DNA from: a virus
Taxonomy: Duplodnaviria; Caudoviricetes
IMG/VR virus record: IMGVR_UViG_3300022602_000025
Direction: 5' to 3' (one strand)
Length of the DNA stretch: 64,000 nt
Shown: in pieces, positions 57,177 to 64,000 of the stretch
How positions within the stretch are numbered: position 1 is the stretch's first letter
How the letters are laid out: every line of letters starts with the position of its first letter
The notes under the pieces: model-generated
Seen by the model: the letters and a program-made list of their open reading frames with translations, nothing else
Databases searched by the model: none
What the model was told of the DNA's origin: nothing
Position numbers and translations under genes: made by a program

Positions 57177-58605
57177 TAAAGACACAGTGGTTCCAAATTA
57201 CAGTTACGAGATACAAAAACTGTATCTTGAAATGTTTATGAGTGATGCAGTTACGTTTGTACGCTGTCAAAACATTTTTGATCCTGAAAATTTTGACAGA
57301 AAATTGCATGACACAGCCAAATTTATTACTGAGTATGTAAACGAATATAAAGTGATGCCAGAAGCATCAATCGTTAACGCTAGCTGTAACGTAGACCTTA
57401 ATCCAGTTGAATTACCCGAAGAAAATTACTCTTGGTTGATGAACGAATTTGAGCAATTTTCACGTCACAAAGGGCTTGAACGTGCGATTTTAAAATCAGC
57501 TGATCTGTTGGAAAAAGGCGACTACGGTCCTGTTGAAAAGATGATCAAAGACGCTGTACAAATCAGTCTGCAGAAGGATATGGGTACAGATTACTTTGAA
57601 GATCCTAGGGCACGTCTTGAAGCATTGAAGAACTCAAATGGTCAAATTTCAACAGGTTGGCCCACTGTCGACAAGAAATTGTATGGTGGATTTAATCGCG
57701 GCGAATTGAACATTTGGTGTGCGGCATCAGGTGGCGGTAAATCATTATTCTTAGCAAACTTAGGCTGTAACTGGGCACTAGCAGGATTAAATGTGCTTTA
57801 TCTAACCTTTGAGTTGAGTGAAAATCTAGTGGCTATGCGTATGGATAGTATGCTGACTAATATACCAACTCGTGAAGTTTTTAAGAACTTAGATGACGTT
57901 GAACTTAAGGTTAAAATGATGGGCAAGAGTGCAGGATCAGTACAGATCAAGTATATGCCATCAGGTAAAACTTGTAATGACCTGCGAGCTTATCTCAAAG
58001 AATATCAGGTCAAAAAAGGGCATAAACCAGACATTCTATTAATTGACTATTTGGACTTGATGATGCCAATGTCAGTCAAAGTTAGCCCAAGCGACCTGTT
58101 TGTCAAAGACAAATATGTGTCAGAAGAACTGCGTAACTTGGCCATGGAAACACAAGCTATCGTAGTAACAGCGAGTCAGTTAAATCGTGCGGCAGTTGAA
58201 GAAATTGAGTTTGATCACTCACACATTTCAGGTGGCTTATCCAAGATCCAAACAGCGGATAACGTGATTGGTATCTTTACATCAAGGGCTATGAAAGAGC
58301 GTGGACGCTATCAAATCCAGTTTATGAAAACTCGTAGTTCAAGCGGTGTGGGTCAAAAGGTAGACTTAGAATTTGACCTAGATAGCCTGCGTATCCGTGA
58401 CTTGGGTGAAGAAGATGAAGGCAGTTTTGCCAAACCTAAACAGAGCATCTATGATGGCCTAAAGAAAACTAGCACAGTAGTAGACACAGAAACTGGGGAG
58501 ATTAAAGATCCTACTCAGGGTATTGCTGTGAACAAGATCAAGAACGTAGCAGCAACTTCAAAAGTGCGAGAATTGCTGGCTAATTTAAATTCGGAAAAAG
58601 ACTAA
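57163..58605 (+). CDS. gp41: Replicative DnaB-type helicase
   Basis: GFNRGELNIWCAASGGGKS, LTFELSE, IDYLDLM, TASQLNR, KTRSSSG. Confidence 0.95.
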   Translation: MAQNNKDTVVPNYSYEIQKLYLEMFMSDAVTFVRCQNIFDPENFDRKLHDTAKFITEYVNEYKVMPEASIVNASCNVDLNPVELPEENYSWLMNEFEQFSRHKGLERAILKSADLLEKGDYGPVEKMIKDAVQISLQKDMGTDYFEDPRARLEALKNSNGQISTGWPTVDKKLYGGFNRGELNIWCAASGGGKSLFLANLGCNWALAGLNVLYLTFELSENLVAMRMDSMLTNIPTREVFKNLDDVELKVKMMGKSAGSVQIKYMPSGKTCNDLRAYLKEYQVKKGHKPDILLIDYLDLMMPMSVKVSPSDLFVKDKYVSEELRNLAMETQAIVVTASQLNRAAVEEIEFDHSHISGGLSKIQTADNVIGIFTSRAMKERGRYQIQFMKTRSSSGVGQKVDLEFDLDSLRIRDLGEEDEGSFAKPKQSIYDGLKKTSTVVDTETGEIKDPTQGIAVNKIKNVAATSKVRELLANLNSEKD

Positions 58606-59162
58606 AACAGTTCAGAGATACGGGTAGTAACACATTGGTCTATGGCAAAAGCCCACTGTGATTCGCCCGTTTCGTTTAAGCAGATGTCTGCACTAGCGGG
58701 TGCAGTCAACCATTGATGTTTAGGCGTCCAGGGTGCTTCTCCGCTCATTTCACCATCCAACTGCCCAGCTGACCAAACAGCTAGCCCTATACCAGCTCTC
58801 CACAGTCTAGGGCCTTCACCCCCTGCGATAGCGGCCAATATTGAACGATCACCTGTGATACCCAATTCGTCATTGATGCGTAGGGTACTGGTGCTGAACC
58901 AATCTAGCGTATGCACTACCTGTACCCTATTAGATTCTACAGGACCCCCAATGTACACAGGCTCATCTAGATCGCTGTCAATACCAGCAGCAGTCATGAT
59001 AGCGGCCATGTTGACCGTGATACTGCGTTTGTTAACTACAACACCCCAAGCACCCTGAGCTCCATGCTGGGCAACTAGTATGACACTTTTAGCAAAGTGC
59101 CCATCAGTATTTTGTGGCTGTGCTACCAGCACTTGACCCATTAAATTTTGTTTGTCCGTCAT
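58602..59162 (-). CDS. yqgE: YqgE/AlgH (DUF179) family protein
   Basis: VLVAQP...FAKSVILVAQHG..GAWGVVVNK, YIGGPV, WSAGQLDGE...W. Start moved to the second ATG (59162), 5 nt after TAAATA. Confidence 0.85.
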   Translation of the reverse strand: MTDKQNLMGQVLVAQPQNTDGHFAKSVILVAQHGAQGAWGVVVNKRSITVNMAAIMTAAGIDSDLDEPVYIGGPVESNRVQVVHTLDWFSTSTLRINDELGITGDRSILAAIAGGEGPRLWRAGIGLAVWSAGQLDGEMSGEAPWTPKHQWLTAPASADICLNETGESQWAFAIDQCVTTRISELF

Positions 59163-59188
59163 AGCCATATTTAATCAATAAATACACC
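59163..59188. promoter_or_regulatory. Divergent pair of late promoters (yqgE / nucleotidyltransferase)
   Basis: TAAATA on - (59168-59173) and on + (59179-59184), 5 nt and 4 nt from the respective ATGs. Confidence 0.7.
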
Positions 59189-59884
59189 ATGACTAACCAT
59201 TTTGAAGTTCCGGCCCAACAGCATGATCAACTGAACCCTGCTATATGGGACGGCCAAGATCTAAAACCCCAAGTACAGCTGACTCTACTGCGTATAGCAC
59301 GTGAGTACTATCGTTTTCTAGATCTAGACATCAAAATAGACGACATAGTCATATCAGGAAGTCAAGCCAACTATAACTATTCACCGCACTCAGATCTAGA
59401 TCTGCATCTTATAGTAGACTACAGTCAAGTTGAGTGTGATTTGCCAGTAGACGAACTGTTCAAGACCAAACGTGATCTATGGCGTGAAGAGCATCAGATA
59501 CACATATACGGTATACCTGTAGAGCTGTACGCAGAAGATCGCGCTAAACCAGCTACCAGCAGTGTATACAGTATCATGGACAATCGTTGGATCAAACGGC
59601 CTGAAAAGATTGACAATCTTGATTTAGATATTGCTCACATAGAGTCTGTATGCACCGCTTGGATACGTGTGATCACACACAGTCTACGCACTCGTGATAT
59701 AGACGCTATTGAGCGAACCAAAAATCTACTATGGGCTTATCGTCGCCAGGGACTTCGAGTCCACGGTGAAATGGGTGAGCCAAATGTAGTTTTTAAAGCT
59801 CTTAGGAACGCAGGAGTAACAGATCAACTGTTAACAGCTCTACGCGGTCTTAAGGATCATAAACTTAGTTTAGAAGGACTATAA
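59189..59884 (+). CDS. Pol-beta superfamily nucleotidyltransferase
   Basis: DIVISGSQANYNYSPHSDLDLHL (hhGS..DhD) plus a third acidic residue in PVELYAED. Confidence 0.85.
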   Translation: MTNHFEVPAQQHDQLNPAIWDGQDLKPQVQLTLLRIAREYYRFLDLDIKIDDIVISGSQANYNYSPHSDLDLHLIVDYSQVECDLPVDELFKTKRDLWREEHQIHIYGIPVELYAEDRAKPATSSVYSIMDNRWIKRPEKIDNLDLDIAHIESVCTAWIRVITHSLRTRDIDAIERTKNLLWAYRRQGLRVHGEMGEPNVVFKALRNAGVTDQLLTALRGLKDHKLSLEGL

Positions 59885-59885
59885 A

Positions 59886-60059
59886 ATGAAAAAGTTATTA
59901 GCTATCCTCGTATTAGCAGCAGTCGCAGCAACACCAGCCGTAGCAGCAGAAAAAACCAAAGCTAAAGCCACAAAAGCACCAGCTGTAGAGCAAAAGAAAC
60001 ATCCGCACTACGAACACAAAAAGGCACCTGCTCCTACTACTGCAAAAAAGAAAAAGTAA
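59886..60059 (+). CDS. Small secreted Lys/Ala-rich protein (57 aa), absent from the ORF track
   Basis: MKKLLAILVLAAVAATPAVA-AEKTKAKATKAPAVEQKKHPHYEHKKAPAPTTAKKKK has a Sec-type signal peptide ending AVA. It is followed by a terminator. Confidence 0.75.
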   Translation: MKKLLAILVLAAVAATPAVAAEKTKAKATKAPAVEQKKHPHYEHKKAPAPTTAKKKK

Positions 60060-60085
60060 TAGAAACAGTCAACATAAGCAAAATT

Positions 60086-60110
60086 AGGTCTATATACTAG
60101 ACCTTTTTTT
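60086..60110 (+). terminator. Rho-independent terminator ending the + strand block
   Basis: AGGTCTA-tatac-TAGACCT plus T tract. Confidence 0.8.
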
Positions 60111-60361
60111 GTGGAGTCAAACAGGCAAAAACAGAACCGTTTAGGTTCAAAAATGCACCAAATTTGAGCCAGAATCAGGCCGAATCAAGCAAAAGAGAGC
60201 GCGAAGCGCCGAGCGAAGCGACAAGCGGTTAAAGAGATTTTTAGTGGCTATTATGTATACGGATAATGATTCCGGTCTATACGTAGCCCAAAAAACTGCT
60301 AGCGTAAAATTTTCAATGCACCAAATCTATTTTGACTGAAAGTCTACAGCTTATTGTAGCT

Positions 60362-60466
60362 TTACAGCGCAAGTGTCCAAATCCATCCTATACACAAGCC
60401 CGTGCCAAATGACCATATCGCAGCTAGCACAAGATAGCCAATGTATAGCCATTCTTCTTGACGCAT
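60362..60466 (-). CDS. Possible small membrane peptide (34 aa)
   Basis: MRQEEWLYIGYLVLAAIWSFGTGLCIGWIWTLAL has one hydrophobic segment. Confidence 0.4.
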   Translation of the reverse strand: MRQEEWLYIGYLVLAAIWSFGTGLCIGWIWTLAL

Positions 60467-60501
60467 GTGATAATTGCGCTGATATAATGCGTTAAAGTAC
60501 T

Positions 60502-60717
60502 TCAATCGTGTAGACCTCCAAGTTCGTAGTTAGTGGACTCTACCGGTGGACATGTGTCTGCAAAGCGTAGTGCAAACTCCGTATACGCTAGTGAGTGAGG
60601 ATCAATCCAAAAGCGAGTACGATTAGCGTGTATTTCACACGTAAGCCCGTAAGACTTAATAAAGCCAAATACATCGGCTAAGTGGGGATCACGATTTAAT
60701 ATGTAGTACTGCAGCAT
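60502..60717 (-). CDS. Hypothetical protein (71 aa)
   Basis: ORF track entry with globular composition (HANRTRFWI motif). Confidence 0.55.
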   Translation of the reverse strand: MLQYYILNRDPHLADVFGFIKSYGLTCEIHANRTRFWIDPHSLAYTEFALRFADTCPPVESTNYELGGLHD

Positions 60718-60729
60718 ATAGTGAGAAGG

Positions 60730-60807
60730 CTATTGCGCCAGTAGATACTGTATATAAGCTAGATATTCTTCTAGCGTGTAGTCAGGGTGGGGAATGGGAA
60801 CATACAT
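60730..60807 (-). CDS. Possible micro-ORF (25 aa)
   Basis: MYVPIPHPDYTLEEYLAYIQYLLAQ, preceded by TAAATA 8 nt upstream. Confidence 0.35.
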   Translation of the reverse strand: MYVPIPHPDYTLEEYLAYIQYLLAQ

Positions 60808-61017
60808 AAGGCTTGTATTTACAGACCGGTCTATAGTGCGGGTAAAAATTTGGGCTACAGTAAAAAAAGGGAGTGGAGAACCTAACCCCTGGTGATTTTA
60901 ATCTAACTGGTGGTGTTTTTAAGGAATAATTTGCATGCCAACTTTTGCAAGCGCAAGCAAGCGGGCGGGAGCACCCCCTGGTGCCCCCATCTGACCACCA
61001 CCACCTCTATGGTCAAC

Positions 61018-61335
61018 CTACGCTAGAGCCTCATCAATAGGTTTCAGATCAAAGTCGTAACCTTCACCTTCTAGCTCTGAGACTGCTTCGTTGAACAGGC
61101 TTTCCCACTCACGCACAGTCGCGGCCCGCTTGATATCCTTGGCTCGCTTGCGCAGTGCTGTGCCCTTTTGATACATCTTAGGATAATGCTCTGCACAGTA
61201 TACACTGCTTCCCACTAAGCTCTTACAGCCACAGTAGGGTGTAGGCTGTGTACGACTGTGTAGATCGCGTGGGTCATAGTCTGGGCCTAGGTATTGACAG
61301 CCTAGGCTGCGTACTATGTATAAGTCCTTGTCCAT
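61018..61335 (-). CDS. Zinc-binding protein resembling the GcrA C-terminal domain
   Basis: CQY...YCG.......YCAEH....YQ matches the GcrA-type CRW..FCG..YC..H....YQ pattern. SD aggag. Confidence 0.55.
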   Translation of the reverse strand: MDKDLYIVRSLGCQYLGPDYDPRDLHSRTQPTPYCGCKSLVGSSVYCAEHYPKMYQKGTALRKRAKDIKRAATVREWESLFNEAVSELEGEGYDFDLKPIDEALA

Positions 61336-61345
61336 AAGTATCTCC

Positions 61346-62212
61346 TTAAGTGCGACGCATACAAGTTGTCTTGGCCATAGCTTGCCAGTTAAGCGGAAAG
61401 CTCTTACGCAAGTCTGCTACCTTGAGTACCATACGCAGGGATAGCTCACGCAGCTTGCTCTTGTTACTATCAATGAATGCGATCAGCTCATCCTTGACCA
61501 CAGGTTCAAACTCATAGTGATCCAGCATGCCACCATCGTTGACTACCTGCTTGATACGCAAGATCTTCTCGCGATCAGTATCCATCTGTAGATCGATATA
61601 GTGACAGCGTGACTCTAGTGCGTCCAAGTGATCACGCAAGCGTTTGCTCTTCACGTGCTCAAACTTGATGTTAGTGATAAAGATCGCTGCGCCCTTGAAC
61701 TCGAATGAGTTAGGCACTCCTTCTGAACGTAGTAGACGGCTGTCAGTGTTCCAAGCGATAGTACGCTTCTTGCTAGAGTCTAGTGCGCCCTTTAGGATGT
61801 TCAGGGAGAGGTCTTCCATAAGGATCGAGTCACAGTCATCAAACACCAGCACGTGGTTTTTGTCTGAGAACTCGTAGAGCTTTGAGTAGAGTCCAATAGC
61901 TGACATAGCACCCTTGACGATCTCATACTTGGGCTTACGCTCGCCTAGTGTATCAAACAGGCCGTCTTTAGATAGCACAGCTTCAACACCGTGTGATTTA
62001 CCTACACCTGGAGGACCTGATACGATCATAGCACGGACATCACCTGACTTCACAGCGCGGGTCATGTCAGTGAGGATATCAAAACGCTCTTTGAGACGAG
62101 CAAGGATCTCTTCGTCTGACTCTTTGGCTACTTCACGCTCTCTGAGTGCGATAGCTTCTTTGTCAAATTCCAGCACAGTTACTGCTTTTGATGCTTTTGC
62201 TTTAGTTGCCAT
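61346..62212 (-). CDS. AAA+ ATPase (early gene)
   Basis: GPPGVGKS Walker A, LVFDDCD Walker B, IFITN sensor-1, ALESRC arginine finger. Confidence 0.9.
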   Translation of the reverse strand: MATKAKASKAVTVLEFDKEAIALREREVAKESDEEILARLKERFDILTDMTRAVKSGDVRAMIVSGPPGVGKSHGVEAVLSKDGLFDTLGERKPKYEIVKGAMSAIGLYSKLYEFSDKNHVLVFDDCDSILMEDLSLNILKGALDSSKKRTIAWNTDSRLLRSEGVPNSFEFKGAAIFITNIKFEHVKSKRLRDHLDALESRCHYIDLQMDTDREKILRIKQVVNDGGMLDHYEFEPVVKDELIAFIDSNKSKLRELSLRMVLKVADLRKSFPLNWQAMAKTTCMRRT

Positions 62213-62242
62213 TTAGTTGCTTCCTGTAGTGTTTAAATGTGT

Positions 62243-62271
62243 ATTATACTATCGTTTTCGTATGTTGTCAA
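62243..62271 (-). promoter_or_regulatory. Early sigma70 promoter P1
   Basis: TTGACA(62271-62266)-17-TATAAT(62248-62243). Confidence 0.9.
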
Positions 62272-62473
62272 TCAGTTCTAGGGTTGATTCTTCCACATGA
62301 TCGCAACCGTCTAGGGTCACAGCTACCATCATGTTGAGCACCACACGGGCATCAGCACGTGATCCCTCGTTGAGGGTTTCAACGAATCTCAAGACCTGAT
62401 CACGGCCTTCCATCATCCACAGAACGTCTGCGATCGCACGTTGCCTGCGGGTGAGTCCTTCAATCTTGATCAT
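62249..62473 (-). CDS. Hypothetical early protein (74 aa)
   Basis: Start moved to MIKIEG, 1 nt after the upstream stop. Ends IDNIRKR. Confidence 0.65.
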   Translation of the reverse strand: MIKIEGLTRRQRAIADVLWMMEGRDQVLRFVETLNEGSRADARVVLNMMVAVTLDGCDHVEESTLELIDNIRKR

Positions 62474-62474
62474 A

Positions 62475-62861
62475 TTATGCCCCATAGTATACAGCGTCCT
62501 GATCAGCAGCTGAGTCTGCGTAGGTGTTCAGTTCAATCATACGCAGATCCAAGTAGTCAAACTCGGGTTCTGCGTAGGTGATCTCACCCTCATACTCCTG
62601 CTGTGATCTTTCAAACTCTGAGAGCCATCCATTGTCTTCCACGTGGACTCCTAGGATGTATTCGCGGCAGTAGTCGTTTGATCTTTCGATATCACCGCGG
62701 ACCATATCAACGATCACTTCAGTGTCCACGTTGCGAGGAACATTGGTGATCTTGTAACAGGAGCCGCCCTTCATCTTCCAGTGCTGAGGGCACTCACCCT
62801 CGCCATCCCACGCATGGGCGCCATAGTTCTCCATGTACTGCGTGTCAATTACTAGAATCAT
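62475..62861 (-). CDS. Hypothetical early protein (128 aa)
   Basis: SD caggag. Carries the QYMENYGAHAWDGEGECPQHWKMKGG motif. Confidence 0.75.
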   Translation of the reverse strand: MILVIDTQYMENYGAHAWDGEGECPQHWKMKGGSCYKITNVPRNVDTEVIVDMVRGDIERSNDYCREYILGVHVEDNGWLSEFERSQQEYEGEITYAEPEFDYLDLRMIELNTYADSAADQDAVYYGA

Positions 62862-62893
62862 TCGAGCTCCTGTTTTGTTAGTGTATGTGTAGT

Positions 62894-62922
62894 ATTATAC
62901 TACAGGTTTTACCGTTTGTCAA
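62894..62922 (-). promoter_or_regulatory. Early sigma70 promoter P2
   Basis: TTGACA(62922-62917)-17-TATAAT(62899-62894). Confidence 0.9.
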
Positions 62923-63229
62923 TACGGATGATTACACCCTGTGGCGTAGAAACAACACCATACCCGTTAGCCTCAAACAAGCAGATCACCTGTTTAGCCA
63001 TAGCATCCTTAGCACGAGCTCCCTCTGCTTTGATAGCGATGAACTTCTTGCGGTAGTTGATGTAGAGTTTTGAGTAAGAGAACGCTGTGTCTAACAGATC
63101 GCGGGCTGTGATAGCCTTACGCTGTTGTTCAATTGAATATGTGCTGCGATTGTTTGAGTTGCGACGCTGTGCATCCATAGCTGCTGCAAATGCAAATCCG
63201 CCTGCTTCTTTAGTGTCTAGTTCTTTCAT
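62909..63229 (-). CDS. Hypothetical early protein (106 aa)
   Basis: SD caggag. Ends IRIDKR. Confidence 0.75.
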   Translation of the reverse strand: MKELDTKEAGGFAFAAAMDAQRRNSNNRSTYSIEQQRKAITARDLLDTAFSYSKLYINYRKKFIAIKAEGARAKDAMAKQVICLFEANGYGVVSTPQGVIIRIDKR

Positions 63230-63259
63230 TTCTCGCTCCTGTAGTGTTAGTGTATGTGT

Positions 63260-63288
63260 AGTATAGCATCAATCTATCTGTATGTCAA
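63260..63288 (-). promoter_or_regulatory. Early sigma70 promoter P3
   Basis: TTGACA(63288-63283)-17-TATACT(63265-63260). Confidence 0.88.
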
Positions 63289-63454
63289 CGATTTTACCAT
63301 CTCTAAAGATGAAATATTCGTTGATAGCACCGTAGTAGGCCCAGATACAGTCGTTGCCCTGGGAGAGTGTGTAATGCTCTACTCCCCGCTCTTCGTAGTG
63401 AGCTGCTACCAGCATGACCTCTAAGGGGTTCAACGTGGGTGCTATCCTGATCAT
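63269..63454 (-). CDS. Hypothetical early protein (61 aa)
   Basis: The ATG overlaps the upstream TGA. Ends IVDIQID. Confidence 0.6.
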   Translation of the reverse strand: MIRIAPTLNPLEVMLVAAHYEERGVEHYTLSQGNDCIWAYYGAINEYFIFRDGKIVDIQID

Positions 63455-63708
63455 CCCCAATCCTTCTTATCACCGTACTGTTCATTGTAACGGTAACCAG
63501 CCATGTACTCAGCCACTGATTCTTCGTCAGTAACCGCTACACGATCCCCTGAATCGCCACCAACACCGCCATAGTGTGGGTTAGGGCTGCGATCATAGTA
63601 ACTGTCTGCTGAGCCACGATCATACAAGCTGCCGTGACGATCGCGTACGAACTGGGGTCCCTTCAGGGCGCGGATGATCCGCTCTTGTTTTGTGAGTTGT
63701 GGATACAT
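63451..63708 (-). CDS. Hypothetical early protein (85 aa)
   Basis: Start moved to MYPQL after the SD ggagg. Carries RHGSLYDRGSADSYY and EYMAGY motifs. Confidence 0.7.
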   Translation of the reverse strand: MYPQLTKQERIIRALKGPQFVRDRHGSLYDRGSADSYYDRSPNPHYGGVGGDSGDRVAVTDEESVAEYMAGYRYNEQYGDKKDWG

Positions 63709-63709
63709 A

Positions 63710-63850
63710 TTAACCTCCAAATGCCAACATACCAACGATAAAACCCAACGCAAAGATGCAGGTGTAGCCTACTAGCTTGTCGCCCTGTTCAGGGGTTGGG
63801 ACCGGGATTGCTTCAATTAGTTGCTCTAGTTTACGACCGATTAATTCCAT
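63710..63850 (-). CDS. Small early membrane protein (46 aa), absent from the ORF track
   Basis: MELIGRKLEQLIEAIPVPTPEQGDKLVGYTCIFALGFIVGMLAFGG. SD taggag, directly downstream of P4. Confidence 0.7.
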   Translation of the reverse strand: MELIGRKLEQLIEAIPVPTPEQGDKLVGYTCIFALGFIVGMLAFGG

Positions 63851-63879
63851 TTCTGCTCCTAGTGTTTCAGTGTATGTGT

Positions 63880-63908
63880 AGTATAGCACAGGTTTTACCG
63901 TTTGTCAA
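63880..63908 (-). promoter_or_regulatory. Early sigma70 promoter P4
   Basis: TTGACA(63908-63903)-17-TATACT(63885-63880). Shares TTGACAAACGGTAAAACCTGT exactly with P2. Confidence 0.9.
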
Positions 63909-63910
63909 CC

Positions 63911-64000
63911 TAAATTAGCATGAAGGGCTGGATCTCTGGGATACCTTCCATGCTTTCGCCCATCTCTTCCGGTGTGTTGAATGAAGTACTGAACACTGGC
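63911..64000 (-). CDS. 3' end of an early gene entering from beyond the window
   Basis: Open frame ...PVFSTSFNTPEEMGESMEGIPEIQPFMLI*, whose TAG lies 1 nt before the P4 -35 box. Confidence 0.45.

Noticed and set aside
40751-58605. Inteins or introns in terminase, UvsX, UvsW, primase or helicase
   Set aside because: The lengths are ordinary (525, 355, 486, 330, 480 aa) and the motifs are contiguous.
60060-61017. tRNA genes or CRISPR array in the non-coding zone
   Set aside because: No cloverleaf with a T-loop GTTCRA was seen, and there are no regularly spaced 25-40-nt repeats.
62213-63910. Calling the repeated early leader a CRISPR-like or transposon repeat
   Set aside because: The spacing is irregular (300-650 nt), the intervals are whole genes, and each repeat is explained by -35/-10/SD elements.
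1-64000. Stop-codon reassignment, as in some large phages
   Set aside because: Conserved genes are full length in code 11, and TAA, TAG and TGA all serve as stops at tight gene junctions.

Overview
This window is a 64-kb segment of a large T4-like myophage genome (jumbo-phage-style gene order) read in standard genetic code 11. From 1 to 26.2 kb lie giant modular Thr/Gly/Ser-rich fibre genes, a LamG protein and three paralogous CBM-like + RCC1-repeat proteins. From 26.2 to 45 kb come a cupin, a 2OG-Fe(II) oxygenase, Nudix, neck (gp13/14/15-like), dNMP kinase, an expanded tail sheath, tail tube, head-completion nuclease, internal head proteins and the large terminase. From 45 to 60 kb come two more 2OG oxygenases and the replication/recombination block (gp32, UvsX, UvsY, UvsW, clamp-loader-like subunit, a 188-aa miniature DnaE-type polymerase core, primase, helicase), then YqgE/AlgH and a Pol-beta-type nucleotidyltransferase. 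After a non-coding convergence zone (~60.1-61.0 kb), a more GC-rich minus-strand early region begins, driven by repeated sigma70 promoter/leader cassettes. The most notable observations are four. First, the mini-DnaE keeps all three catalytic Asp motifs. Second, several -35 boxes are written into the last codons of the upstream gene, suggesting promoter-mediated gene shuffling. Third, a recurring TAAATA-N(4-7)-ATG geometry implies leaderless late mRNAs. Fourth, a duplicated promoter-hairpin brackets a 2OG-oxygenase cassette. No major capsid, portal, family-B polymerase, tRNA, CRISPR array or reverse transcriptase was recognised. All family assignments come from motif recognition by eye; no database search was run.
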